Positions 38,236 to 51,434 of a stretch of DNA of 64,000 bases are shown here, one piece after another (within the stretch, counting starts at the first letter, position 1; every line of letters starts with the position of its first letter). The position numbers and the translations under genes are program-made. This DNA is from Hypanus sabinus. Lineage: Eukaryota. Where the stretch lies: NCBI RefSeq assembly GCF_030144855.1, contig NC_082708.1, positions 133,300,001-133,364,000 of the forward strand. The letters run 5' to 3'. Under the pieces are notes generated by a model. The model worked only from the letters and a program-made list of their open reading frames with translations, was not told the DNA's origin and did not search any database.

Positions 38236-38441
38236 CTGGTACTATGAGTTTTGTTTCTCCCCCTCAACTATTACTGCCAAGAGCAGTATTCTAGTGATTT
38301 ATTTACTTTGCCTTTGGGATCTTTGACTGTGACATTGATCAGTTGAATTGACTGAATATGAGCTGAGTGATTACTGTATAAATGCAACTTCTGTTTTGTA
38401 ATGGGACAAATCAGACTGAATAATAGCATTTCTCATTGCAG

Positions 38442-38502
38442 CAGCCATTGATGACAGAAGACCATCAACCTCAGATGATTGAGTTAATCAGTGTCCGGAA
38501 AA
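38442..38502 (+). CDS. Uncharacterised four-TM protein, coding exon 5
   Basis: ttgcag|CAG (NAGNAG acceptor)...AA|gtaagt; QPLMTEDHQPQMIELISVRK, phase 0/1. Confidence 0.65.
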
Positions 38503-38859
38503 GTAAGTTTATAAATCTATTAATGGATCAAACACTAGTGTTGACATTTACAGTAGGTCTTTTGACAGGTAAAATGTGTTCATGCCTCATTTATGTTTTC
38601 ATTTAAACTTGCATTCCTATGATGAATCCCTGTCCCAACCATTCCACATAAAGCATGATTGCCCCTCATTTCACCACCTTAGAAGTTTACTGTTCCAGCC
38701 ACCACAAGTTCATTATGGCTGCGATGTGCGTGTGATCATCATGGTAACTTACTAAGACCTCTGTGGAGGACAATGGGAATGGTACTGAAGACTGTGCCAC
38801 AAACTAATTTGCAGAGATAATCTCAAGTAGCAAGTTTTAATATGATTAGAAAGTGGTTG

Positions 38860-39230
38860 GGAAACTCAGCAGATCAGACAGCATCAATAGAAAGGAATAA
38901 AAGGTCGATGTTTAGGGCAGACACATCAATCAGGACTGGAAATGAAGGGAGAAGTGTCAACTCTTTATTCCTTTCCATAAATGCTGCCTGACCTGCTGAG
39001 TTCCTCCAGCATTTTGTATGTGTTACTCTGAATTCCTACCATCTGCAGAATCTCTGTGTTTAGAAAATATTAGGAGTACTTGGCAGATCAGGCCATATCT
39101 GTGGGAGAAACAGAAACGGAACTTTACTCAGAACGTGGTTTTAATGAAGGGTCTTTGAACTGGAACATAAACTTTGTTTCCTTTCTCACACAATCTGCCT
39201 GACCTGATGCATATTTTCAGCATTTTCTTT
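38860..39230. mobile_element. Two adjacent inverted-repeat Penelope-derived inserts
   Basis: Each is a minus plus plus copy of the CTGCCTGACCTG(C/A)TG-containing terminus. Confidence 0.6.
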
Positions 39231-40359
39231 TTGTTTTTATTTTATTCAAGAGCCATCTCAGGCACAATTCTTTTGCCTGGTGAGATTCCGCAATTGAAGT
39301 TGAATTAAGGAATTACTGTCCAGTGGGGTTTACCATGTATTAATCTAATTCTATTAAAGTGAATATTTAATAGGAAGCATCTTTTGCTACCTCTGTGTTT
39401 GTTTTATAAACCCAGTGGCAAGATTGGATAAATGTCTTTATCTGCTATACCTTGTTCTGCTTGCCCTGAAATCCAATATTGTTTGCTGGGGCTCTTGACT
39501 TAGACCTGCAGAACCATTGTTAAGCATCTCAGATTAACAGATTACCAGTGTAGTTCAAAATAATTGGCTCCCACTTGCTAACTAATTTTTCAGAAAGTTT
39601 GAAATCCAGACATTTGATGGGATTTTGTCCTACCTCTGTCCAATGATTAATTTGGATATGGGCTCCTGGGCACCAGCTCAGATGTGATCAAGAGCTAATG
39701 GGGTTCAATTCTACAATCGTGAAGGATTGAACTAATCAATCAACCTCTGCCATTCTGGTGTAGTGTTTCTGTTTCCCATAAACCTTTGCATACTTTAGTA
39801 TCTAAATAGCCTGCTCTAATATTAAGATAACACTTTCTTCTTGTAGATTCCAACATTAGATATAGTTTTTGTTGATCAACCCAAATCTCCTGTATCACTT
39901 TGAAGACCTGAACTGCATCACTCTGTCAGCCTTGTATATGCAAGTGTACAGAACACACTGCCTTGGGTGACGGTAGGGGCAGATACATTAGGGGCACTTA
40001 AGAGAGTTTTGGATAGGCACATGGATGAAAGAGAAAAAATAATCGAGGACTTTGTGGGAGGGGAGGGTTAGATTGATCTTGAAGTAGGTTAAAAGGTCAG
40101 CACAACATTGCGACCGAAGGGCCTGAACTGTGCTGTACTTGCAACAGAAAGCAAGTTTATGCCACTTGTCCTTGGTGATCAATGAGTGAAGCTTTACAAT
40201 AGTTTTCTGTTCCAGCCAATGCAGGTAAAGGCCAGATCCTTTACTTTTTTGATTCAGAACTATAGCGTTGCTGATGGTTAAAATTGCTGTATCATTTCTG
40301 AGAGCAATTAAGTTCATATTCATTTAGGAGGGCAAAAAAATGCTGGCGCTACCTGTGAT

Positions 40360-40710
40360 CCTGGGTCTGTGTGGATGTGGAGAGGATGTTTCATATGGTG
40401 TGGGTATCCAGAACTACAGGGCACAGCCTCAAAATTGAGAGGCAACCTTTTAGAATGGAGGTAAGGAATTTTTTTTTGCCATAGAATGGTGAATCTGTGG
40501 AGTGCTCTGCCACAGTCTGCGATGGAGGCCAAGTCCATAGGTATATTTAAGGCGGAAGTTAATTCCTCATCAGTCTGGGCATCAAAGGATATGACGAGAA
40601 GGCAGGTGTATGGGAGTGAGTGGGTTCTGGGATCAACCATGATGGAATGGCAGAGCAGACTCGATGGGTTCAATGGCCTAATTCTGCTCTCATGTCTTTA
40701 TTGGTCTTTT
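40360..40710 (+). mobile_element. CR1 LINE 3' end
   Basis: RMVNLWSALPQSAMEAKSIGIFK and CR1-type tail. Confidence 0.7.
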
Positions 40711-41063
40711 GAAGAAAAATCCCTTTTTGTGCAATCTCTGTTCTCACCCTTAAGAACATTTCTTAACTGTGTACAAATTGGCTGATCTCCTTACTTTATC
40801 ATATTTTCTGCCAGAGAGAACCTAATTGATTGGGTAGATCTATGACTGGCTATTTCAGTCCTGTTACTTGCATTATGATCTGGACAGAGCAATTTACCAG
40901 AGATCATTGGTTGGTATCAGTTATCCATTGGCTATACAGTGGAATCTTTTTAGGCAATGTATTTGGCAGAGCTATCCATGCTAATTTAATTGAGGCATTC
41001 TTTGCATAATTATTAATATGCTTCTACCTTTACTAACTTGATATGAATTTCTCTTAAAACAAG

Positions 41064-41176
41064 ATGGCAGTGCTCAGCGAATCCTAAATGATCCAGTACT
41101 GAATGATGGGAATGGAGAGAAAGAAGAGGCAGAGCTGATGTCAAAGTCAACAGCACCCTACATGCTATTTACTTAA
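41064..41176 (+). CDS. Uncharacterised four-TM protein, probable last coding exon
   Basis: aacaag|AT...TAA; phase-1 join gives NGSAQRILNDPVLNDGNGEKEEAELMSKSTAPYMLFT*; acceptor is weak. Confidence 0.55.
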
Positions 41177-41639
41177 AATCAACTTTAATCACTTGTGGTT
41201 GCCTTACTTGATAGACAAATGGAAGATGGTTTCCTTTTATTGGACTTCATTGACAAGAATTTGAATCCGAGGAAAACTTAAGAAGTTTACCAATATTTTC
41301 CTCAGCTTGGAATAGTTTTTGTACAAATCACTTTTATGGCAGTCATTGCTAAGAGTTAACATTAGCACTGAGTATATTAAAAAAAATCAATTGAATAACC
41401 AGATAATTTGCCACCTTAATCTTTTTATATAATTGTACGGCTGTGATAGGTGATGTGATTTTCAGTGGCTACCGTGTTACTGTTTAGTGAGCAATGAAAA
41501 AGTATTGTTACATCTATTTTGACCAAAGAGCAGTTGAAGTGTTAACATTAAAAAAAAATAAATTACAGTCTTAAAATGCATATGTATTTTAAAAATTTAC
41601 TCCACAAAATGTTTCAAAACTTACTGTAGAGGTTATTGT

Positions 41640-41945
41640 GAACTCAAGAAAATATGCACATGTTGGAAATCCAACCCAACACACACACAAAGTGCTGTAG
41701 GAAATCAGCAGGCCAGGCAGCATCAATGGAAATGAATAAATAGTTGACGTTTCTAGTTGTGACCCTTCTTCAGCACTGAAAAGGAAGGGGAAGGCAACAG
41801 AATAAAAAGGCGGGGGGAGGGGATAGCTAGAAGATGATAGTTGAAGCCTGATGGGTAGGAAAGACAAAGGCCTGGAGAGGAAAGAATCTGATAGGAGAGT
41901 GAACCATAGGAAAAATGGAAGGAAGGGGCCAGGGGATCCTCTGGA
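41640..41945 (-). mobile_element. Penelope-derived 3' fragment
   Basis: Terminal motif plus CTGAAGA...GAAA-CGTC at 41741-41778, purine-rich tract. Confidence 0.7.
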
Positions 41946-44139
41946 GGGGGTCCATGTCTAAAGCCACTCTCTCCCCCTCTATTGCAACATTTCTCCAAAA
42001 CATGCACAGGTAACGCTGTTCTTTTTACATCTTAGGGTACCAGAAGTTGAGAACAGATATTTTTAACTTCGTGACACTCTGAAATGTAATGGGTAATTTT
42101 GCCAGTAATCATAAATTTGCAGTATCTTTAGACTAGGTCATGTTTCCCTTTTTCAGCAGGACTTCAGTTTTTTTTCTTGAATCATCCTGTTCATTAGAAT
42201 TTTAGTTTGAAATCTGGATGCAGCATTGAGCAACACTTCTCTAGTGACTCCCACCACACACAGCTTTTGTTACCTTTCCACCCTTGTCAAAGGACTTCAG
42301 ATCAAAAGCCTCTTGGATTCAGCAATTTTAAAAATATAAATTACTAGACACCATGGATATGAATCCAGAGTTTCCAAGTGGAGGGGCCAGGAAGGATTTG
42401 CACTGGGATTATAGAGAATAGCATTTTTGTTTAGCACTAAACTTTGCAATGAAATGGGAAGCTATCAGAATTATACACATACTGAAATGTTCTTTGGTCA
42501 GGAGAATAACTTACTCTGAAACAGATTGATTCTGTGCCGATATCAAGTGCTTGGATGATGTGCCATGTAACCAAGAATAGCTTGAAGCATTTAAAGATTC
42601 AGAATCATTTACAAAAATAACCACTTCAGCTAGACAGGCAGAAGACTGTTTAAGTGGAAAGCAAAGTAGGTTTTATTAATTAACTGTGTTCTTTCAAAAT
42701 CAATACAGACATCAACGAAGACTTAAAATATGCAGATAATGCAAATCTAAAAGATTGGAACAAACAGAATTAAGTTTGTAATTTTTTAATATTTAAAATT
42801 GATTGTTTTAGTGCAAATTTAATAAACTAATGAAGCTATTCTTGATAATGGATTAAGTATGACAATTAATGATTTATTTTCAGCTCGCTCATTACAATGG
42901 TGAATTATTGGAAATCCAACCATCATCTGCAATTCTGGATAGATTACGCATTAAAACTCAGCCCCTCATCTTTCATCAGTGGTTACTATTAATACATGCA
43001 TTTTTAGTCAATGATGAATAAATTGCTTGATAGTTCAGAGTGCAGTCAGTAAGTACCTTATTGCTGCATTGATACAAACAAAAGGAGACAGAATGAATGA
43101 TTCTGACATTCTTGCATGTCTTCTCTCATGATGTTTCTCCCCATTTTACTGAGGGAAGATTTGGAAAACGTTTGTTCAGAAGCACCTGCAATCATTTCCT
43201 TTGTCAGAGCCAGCTTTCATGTCCAGGAATAAATGCACACACTGGCTCTTCCTGTCCTCTTACCTTGAGAAAAAAACTTAAACAATTAAAGCCTTACATG
43301 TTTTAGTTTAGACCTTGCTAGTCAAATTTAATTAAATCACTTAAAATGTATACTTTCGTATTAGCCAAATCACAGAAGTACAAGTTACAATTCAGCAACA
43401 CCTGTCTGCATGTTGTTTGGCAAAACTGAATGCAAATTGGTGCACTAATACTTTAAAAATAAAATCTTCAATCTTCCCTCCTTTTCCCCATCAACATTCA
43501 ATATCTTTTGCATGATAGTTACTTTAATCAAGTCACCACTTTTCCTATGCAGGTCCAAAAATTTAACCCAACTAACACAGGCATCATGATATTTCCAAGT
43601 ATGCTAGAAGCACATTTGGTTCCCACCGAAAATGAAGAGTTAAGATTAATAAAAATGACCAACTGCTGCTCTGGTCCGAATTTACTAACAGCGTGGAGAT
43701 CTTCCTGCTCCTAGACACTCAGCTATTTGCTGTTAACCAACTAAACAACTGAGGGGGTTTCAAAGACCAAGATGCCCAATTTCAAGATGGAATAGAAAAG
43801 ATTAAGGAAAAGCTAAGAAAAGGACAAGGAAGTATAAAATGACATTAACTGAATAAAATATATAGATACTTCTCTTGTATGTTGAGGTACAAAATTAATG
43901 ACTGATAACCAATACCAGAAAATGGACGCTTTTCAATTCTGGACTGTCCGCTGACTTCATTTTCAGTCAGTATTCGCCAGGATGAATCCTCGTTCTTGTT
44001 CAACCACATTTCCTATGATGGATGGCAACAAGATCTGCCATAGTCAGAGAACTCATTGCAGCCTTGTCCACACTCTACACAGTACTTAGCAGCAAAGCAC
44101 TTTTCATTTTGTTTCAAATGGAAAACAAATAATTTCTCT

Positions 44140-44586
44140 TTAACAGTAACACTCCACACTTGGCTTTGGTTCAGATTCCAGCTCAACTTTGTACTGATCT
44201 ACTTGCAGTTGGCTAAGCATCATGGACTTGTGGTTCTTTAGCTTATGAGCCAAAGTCATGAAAATGGCTTCTACGTGATCGTTATCGTTTGGGTTCTTAG
44301 CCGAGGTCTCAAACAGCGGCATGTTTTGAGTATCAGCAAATTTTTGAGCAAGGTCAGTTTTAATTTTGGTGGAGTCTTTCAGGTCACACTTATTTCCCAC
44401 TAGGATGCGTGGAATTTCTCCACCTAGTGAGTGCTGTTTGCATTCTTCAATCCAGGCTGGAAGGCTCTGGAAGCTAACAGGGTTAGTCACATCGTACACA
44501 AAGACAACAGCATGGACGTTCCTGTAGTAGTGCTGCACCATGCTCTTCCGAAAACGTTCCTGGCCAGCTGTGTCCCAAAGCTGAAT
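44140..44586 (-). CDS. RAB33B: RAB33B exon 2
   Basis: tttttttaag|ATT; [32 protein letters not shown]...GNKCD...[25 protein letters not shown]...CYC* (CxC prenylation); convergent with SETD7 as in human 4q31. Confidence 0.96.
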   Translation of the reverse strand: MQLWDTAGQERFRKSMVQHYYRNVHAVVFVYDVTNPVSFQSLPAWIEECKQHSLGGEIPRILVGNKCDLKDSTKIKTDLAQKFADTQNMPLFETSAKNPNDNDHVEAIFMTLAHKLKNHKSMMLSQLQVDQYKVELESEPKPSVECYC

Positions 44587-45085
44587 CTTAAAAAAAGGTA
44601 AAAACAAAATTACAATCACCTTACAACATCTTAACTGCCGTTGAAATAATTATTCACGTGTAGGCAAATTTTCACCGAAATTATGAAGGGAGCAGGAAGA
44701 ATTATAACTATATTTACCAAGTGGAGCAAGTGCTACACCTGCTCCCTCACTACCATTCAGGGCCCCAGACAGTCCTTCCAGTGAAGCGCCACTTCACGTG
44801 TGAATCTGTTGTGGTCATCTACTGTACCAGTGCTCCTGTAGAGACCCAATGTCTTTAAGAGTTGTCCCAAGTAACCAGCTGCGCTGATTAACCGATGGCA
44901 CAATTAACCAGAATCCACTGTATTTCAACTCTTGACGAAAAGAGAATAAGTGCTTTGGCTAACGTAGGCTGTGGGGTAATGTAAATAATAAGACAAAGAG
45001 GATAGAAATATTACAAAACAATGGAATTCAATGGGAAGTATGAGCTTTGTCATCTTTGTGGGAGGCATAGTGGGAACCTATAGGG

Positions 45086-47963
45086 CAGGGGTCAGCAACC
45101 TTTACCACTGAAAGAGCCACTTGGACCCGTTTCCCACAGAAAAGAAAACACTGGGAGCCGCAAAACCCGTTTGACATTTAAAATGAAATAACACTGCATA
45201 CAACGTTTTTTTTTGCCTTTATGCTATGTATAAACAAACTATAATGTGTTGCATTTATGAAATTGATGAACTCCTGCAGAGAAAACGAAATTACATTTCT
45301 GCATGCAACAAAAACATTTTGAACTCCGAAAAAAAGACGTTGGGTTGAAGGTTACTTTTAAGTAAAATACTCAATGTCTATTTGAGTCCTTCTTGTATTT
45401 ATGAAAAACGCCGAACTTAAATTTTCCGCCAGCAGCAAACCAAAAATATCAGCCAGCTGTCAGCCTGAAAAATTAAAGGACTATTTCACTGAACAATGAA
45501 AAAATATGAATATACGTAAAATAATAGGCAATTAAAATATTTATCATACTTGGTTAATGGGATTTCTGCTCCTGGACCTCAGCGCACAGCGTCTGCACAT
45601 CAGGGCTGTATGACGTCACCTTCATCTTTACACAGGATCGCAAGCTGTCATCTGTGAGGCGTGCGCGATGTTTGTTTTTAATAAAGTTCATGTTGGAGAA
45701 CACCTGCTCACATACATATGTGGATCCAAAGATCGACAGGACTCCAAGCGCATACTTTTTCATGTTTACATAAATGTCGGGCATAGCATTCCATGTTTCG
45801 AACACAAGTTTGTCCGGTTTTGGAAGGTTTTCAATATCACTCCATTTGTGATTCTGAGCAAGAACGGCCTTCTGACGGGCAACATCTTCAAGGTCTGCTG
45901 TCAAGCGTCTAAACTTGGACACCCATATGTCTTTGTCGGCTATGTCGGCCAGTTCCATCTCAAGATCAGGTTGACTCACACCTGCCAATGCAGTCGTATT
46001 CAGTAGGGAAGGATCGATGCTTAAGGGAGTGACCGGGAAGGATAATGTGTTTTTTTCCTCTCTGAACTCACAGAAGCGTTTCCCAAACGATGTTTGCATT
46101 GCGATGATTGCAGAATGTAAATACTCCGAAATTATCATGTCGTGACCTTGTTTGAACTCTTGTCAAATTGGGGAAGTGAGACAATGTGCCTTTCTGTAAA
46201 TCTCTGGCAAGCACTGTCAACTTGCGCTCGAATGCCAAAACATCCTCCAACATGTGCAGGGCTGTACGTCCTTACCCCTGAAGAGCTGTGTTCAGCGTGT
46301 TCAGGTGTGCTGTCATGTCTACCATGAAGTGTAGCTTTTCCAGCCACTCTGGCTGTTCCAGCTCAGGAAAGGTGAGCCCTTTGCTGCCCAGGAAAGTTTT
46401 CACTTCTTCCAGACACGCGACAAAGCGTTTCAGCACCTCCCCTTTGGACAGCCACCGGACTTTGTTGTGCAGCAGGAGATCAGAATATGCGCTTTCCAGC
46501 TAGTCCAGTAACAAACGGAATTGACGGTGATTTAAATTTTTTGCCATTATTTTATTGACAATCTGAATGACAACATCCATTACTTCTGTGCATTCCGGAG
46601 GAAATGTTTGAGCGCACAATGCCTCTTGGTGCAAGATGCAGTGAAAAGTCAGCAGCTTTCTGTCCAGCGACTTCTGCAGTAAAGCCACAAATCCCTTGTG
46701 CGTTCCCGTCATATTCGGCGCCCCATCAGTAGCTACTGACACCAGATGGGTGGTCTTTATTCCTTTGGCTCTTAAACAATTCAAGACAGCCTCACAGATG
46801 TCCTCCCCCCGTGTTTGGTCTTTTAGAGGTATCAACTCAATCAGTTCTTCCTGTGGCCCGGCAGAGTTTACATACCGGCAGAACAACGCTATTTGTTCAA
46901 TATCACCTTTGTCTTTAGACTCGTCATAGGCAATCGAGTAGGCCACAGCTGAATTGATGTCTTTAATTTGCTGTCTTGTGATGTCTTCTGCCATTTTTAT
47001 GGTTCTGTCTTTGACAGTCTTTGCAGAGAGGGGCATATCCCTGATTTTCTGCACAATTTCACTCTTGTTTTTAAAGTCCGTGAATAGATGTTCTGAAATC
47101 TTAATGAAAGATTCTTTTATATATTCACCATCTGTAAACTGCTTCCCGTGCCTGACTATTTCCTGAGCGGCAATATAACTGGCGTATGTCATTGATTTTC
47201 CAGACTTCATCCATTTCTGGAAATGATTTTTGCTCAGATCAACCTTCCGCATCAGTTCCGAAACGGCTTTTTTTTCTCTCATCTCCATCCGGATATTTTT
47301 GAGCAAAGGCTGCGTGTTTATTCTGGAAATGCCTTGCGACATTTGACTTTTTGTTGTTTGCTAGTTTCTCATTGCATATTAAGCATACCGGTAAACCAGT
47401 CTCGTCAACAGTGAAAGCAAATGAATCTGTCCACGTATCATTAAACGTTCTGTTTTCTTCAGTCACTTTTCTTTTTTTAGAATTCTCCATAGTTGGCTTA
47501 CCTTGGATCGAAAAATTAAAGAAATCGCGCACTGGCGGGTGTCAGGTATTGGCAGTGGTGACGTATATTAATAGCGATAAAAACACGTTGTAGCGGTGTG
47601 CTCACGCAGTCAGTAAACTGCAGTCGAATAACTTTATTCGAACTAAACAGCCTTGCTTTTAAGCCTCCCTCAACCCAGCCCCCATGGACGCAGATGCTGC
47701 AAAAGACGCGTACTCACAAACCCCCGTAGGCTATCTCCCTTAGCCGGAATGCTGGCTAATTGTGAGGAAATGTGTCGCCACACTTAGATTGTACAAGATC
47801 ACCATAATCTTCAAATTTAGAATTACATTTCAAAAGCTAACAAACTAACATAAAATACATTTTAATTAAATACTGACCAATTATTTCCCAAAGCCACAGG
47901 GAGCCGCAGCACAGAGGTGAAAGAGCCACAAATGGCTCGGGAGCCGCAGGTTGCCGACCCCCG
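45086..47963 (-). mobile_element. Full-length hAT (Buster/Charlie/SPIN-like) DNA transposon, 2878 bp
   Basis: TIR CAGGGGTCAGCAACCT / AGGTTGCCGACCCCCG; perfect 8-bp TSD CTATAGGG (45078-85, 47964-71). Confidence 0.95.
45554..47490 (-). pseudogene. hAT transposase (GTF2IRD2/EPM2AIP1-like) with 2 frameshifts and 2 nonsense codons
   Basis: BED finger CLIC...H..NKH; DES, TDGA, HCILH, RW, STYVCEQVFS motifs; stops at 46500-02 and 46272-74; frameshifts near 47270 and 46160. Confidence 0.9.
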
Positions 47964-48099
47964 CTATAGGGGAATAAATGAATATTTACATCATTGCAGT
48001 TTGATATAAACATTTGTGGCCAAATACAAAATTCTTTTAGAAATGTGACATAGCTGTTTAATAAATCCATTGAGAAAGACATGAACTTTAATTTTATAC

Positions 48100-48183
48100 A
48101 CTGTTCTTTTGTTTATCAACTGAAGAGACTGTTCTTTTGTTTATCAACTGAAGAGACTGTTCTTTTGTTTATCAACTGAAGAG
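48100..48183. repeat. Tandem repeat, 3 x 28 bp
   Basis: ACTGTTCTTTTGTTTATCAACTGAAGAG x3, perfect. Confidence 0.9.
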
Positions 48184-48349
48184 TCTCTAGTTAAGTATTG
48201 TTTTCTAGTGTGGATGTTCCATTTCAGAGAATACATGGACACTTTCCATGAATGAGAACAACACTTAAGAAAGGGTGGAAAAGAGCTGTACTTCTTGGAA
48301 CTGGGACAAAGTTCATTTTGTGTCCTCAGAATTTATAAACCACTCCATA

Positions 48350-49005
48350 ATTGGAATCAGGTTTAATATCACTGGCATGTGTCATGAAACATGTTCTGCT
48401 GAAGCAGTAGACTGCAATATGCAAAAAACTATATTTACAATATGATATAAAATTAGTCCAGAAAACAAAAAAAGGGGTAACAAAAAAGGTAGTGTACATG
48501 TGTTCATTGTCCAGTCAGAAATCTGATGGTGGAGGGGAAGAAGCTGTTCCTAAAACATTGTGTCTGTCTTCAGGCTCCTGTATCAACCCCTTGATGGAAA
48601 CAATGAGAAAAGGCCATGTCCTGGATGATGGGGGCCCTCAACAACAGATACCGTCTTTTTGAAGATGTCCTCAGTGCCGGGGAAGCTAGAGCCCGTGATG
48701 GAGCTGGCCAAGTTTACAACTTTCTGCAGCTTTTTCCAATCCTGTGCAGTGGCCCCTCCATACCAAACGGCGATGCAACCACCATGGTACATTTGTAGAA
48801 ATCTGCAAGAGTCTTTGGTGGCATACCAAGTCCTAATGAAATATGGTAGCTGTTGTGCCTTTTTTGTAATTGTATCAATAAGTTCAGCCCAGGACAGATC
48901 TTCAGAGATGTTGACATCCAGGAACTTGAAACTGCTACCCTTTCCACTGCTGATCCTTCGATAAGGACTGATGTGTGTTTCTCAACTTCTCCTTCCTGAA
49001 GTCCA
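48350..49005 (-). mobile_element. Rex1/Babar-type LINE 3' fragment
   Basis: CIAVWYGGATAQDWKKLQKVV...HPGHGLFSLFPS (Rex1-type C-terminus). Confidence 0.75.
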
Positions 49006-50478
49006 GAGGAACTCGTACAGGCAGCATCTATGCAAACGAATACATTTCTCTAGCATTTTATGTGTGGTACTCTAGATCTCCAGCATCTGCAAAATCATTT
49101 GTGTCCATGACAATGACACACATTGCGTTGCCCTTAAGGCATTTATTTAGTTTATTATATTTTCGCTTTAGTAATTCATTTGTAATCGTTTTCTAGTTAA
49201 AGTTAAGGTTGTTGAAAGTAAATTTATTGTCTGTGATATATCGCGGCATGCGATGACGTCACACCCAATTTCACTGCGTCTTGTGTGAAAATACCAGTTT
49301 GGAGAAATGGGAAGGAGGGGGCTTGTGTCTGCAGGATCAGCGTGAGAAAAGTTTTCTTTCCACGCACTAGAAACATCATAGAAGCAACGCCGTAAGTTCA
49401 TAAGATAATCGATATGTTGAAGTAAAAATGTTGACGCTGATTCTGTTAAAAGTAATGACAGATGATAAAGTTTATGTTCTTTGTTATTTAAAGAGTTGCG
49501 GATAGTTTGTGTTGAAGTATTTAAAGCAGTTGATGGTGTAGGTAGATTCTGACTGTATGTCGTATTTCAATGTAATATAGTTTGTTGTAGTTTTATTTTT
49601 GGAAGTATTTATGATGTAAATGTGATGCCAAGAAAGAAACAAATACTGTATATATTTTGTGTTGTTTTATCAACAGTTTTCACCATACGTTAATGTGGAA
49701 GAGTGAACAGTAAATGGTTAATCTTACTGGGATCACACCTCATGGACTCTGGTTTATACTTGGTGTTTAGTTCAGAGTTTTTACACCTGTGCGAGAACTG
49801 TCTTGCACAATACTGCTGCCATAAAAATATTTCACTAAACTTGATTTTGATTAAAATAGGTAAGAAATTTCCGATTACACAAACTTGCATGCTTTAAATA
49901 TTTCAGACAGCCCTTCCCCTGCTCCCAAAATAAACAATTAACTTGCTATTTTGGCAACAGTTCGAAACATAAAGTGAAGATAAAGCAGAGGCAGCTTGAG
50001 ATAACTCTACAAATATTATGTCTTCACCGTGGGAGAGAAAAGATGGCACTTTTTCATTTCCTCCCAAAGAAAAATCTTTGCCAAACAGCTTATTTAAAGG
50101 AGCAAAGTAAAATTGCTGAATCATAGCGCTGCAGCTGACCATTTTACACATGTACTCCATCTGATATCTTGGGGGTTATAAGGACAGTATCAGATCACCA
50201 AGATACAAAACAAAGTAGTATGGACACATTTGTCATTTGAGAATGCAAGAGGACACCAAAATTAAAATGGCAAAGAAACTTAAAGCATAGCTCAATTTAT
50301 ATTCAGTAAAATATCCTGTTAACTCTGGAGCAAATTTTAATCATTCACCTCTCAACCTTCCTCCACAATTTAGCTACATCATGGTGATCTGAAGGTAAAT
50401 CTTAATTACTGACCTATGATTATATAATTACTTCACAAAAGAAGCCATGCTCTTTAGCTTAAAAGTTTTCATTTAGCA

Positions 50479-51434
50479 CAGTGGTACCCAACCACTGGGC
50501 TGCGGACCAGTACCGGGCCACGGGGAAACGATATGATTTGGCGATATGAAACGATATGAGTCAGCTGCACCTTTCCTCATTCCCTGCCATGCCCATTGTT
50601 GAACTTGAATGCACTCGAGGTCATCAGTCAGTATGAGTAAAAAACAAATGATTCTCACAACTGATGCACGATCACCTAACTTCGCTTCTGACAAAATTCG
50701 AGCATTACTTCCCAACCACAAATGATCCAAGAAGTGTAAAGGAATGGGTCCGCGACCCATCTGTGAATGTCCCTGGTGAATCATCCATGTCAGCACGGGA
50801 AGGTCAACTCCTCAAGCTTGCAAATGACGGTGGGCTGAAAAGTATGTTTTTATCATAATATCTCTGCCGGCATTCTGGATCAAAGTCAAGGCTGAATATC
50901 CTGAGATAGCCACAAAAGCACTGAAAACGTTGCTTCCATTTCCAACATCATATCTCTGCAAAGCAGGGCTTTCTATAATGAATGCAACAAAAACTAAATT
51001 GCTAATAGACGGGACATAAGGAACCCCTTTCAAGTATTGCTGTCTCACATCACCCCTCGATGGGACCGTCTTGTTGCAGGGAAACAAGCCCAAGGCTTGC
51101 ACTGATTCACCGATATTGGTGTCTTGCAATGATTTTACATGTTCATAAGAGGAAAATATGCGCTGTGTTTAATATCCAAACGTTACTTAAAATTTTATGA
51201 TGCTATTGACTTACAACTATATTCACACGAGGAAAATATGCGCTGTGTGTTTAACATTAAATTTGTTAGATAAACCCTTTTAGAAATGGAATTGAGTGTA
51301 TTAGCCACTTATAAGTGATTTAAAGTTTCACCTATATTCCAGTCATGATTAACACCCCCACCCCCCGTTGGCTAGTCCGCAAGAATCAATATTAAATCGG
51401 TCCAAAGAAGTGCAAAGAAGGTTAGGGACCCCTG
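50479..51434 (+). mobile_element. Internally deleted hAT (Buster/Charlie) element
   Basis: TIR CAGTGGTACCCAACC / GGTTAGGGACCCCTG; perfect TSD ATTTAGCA; C-terminal transposase remnant FWIKVKAEYPEIATKALKTLLPFPTSYLC. Confidence 0.88.
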
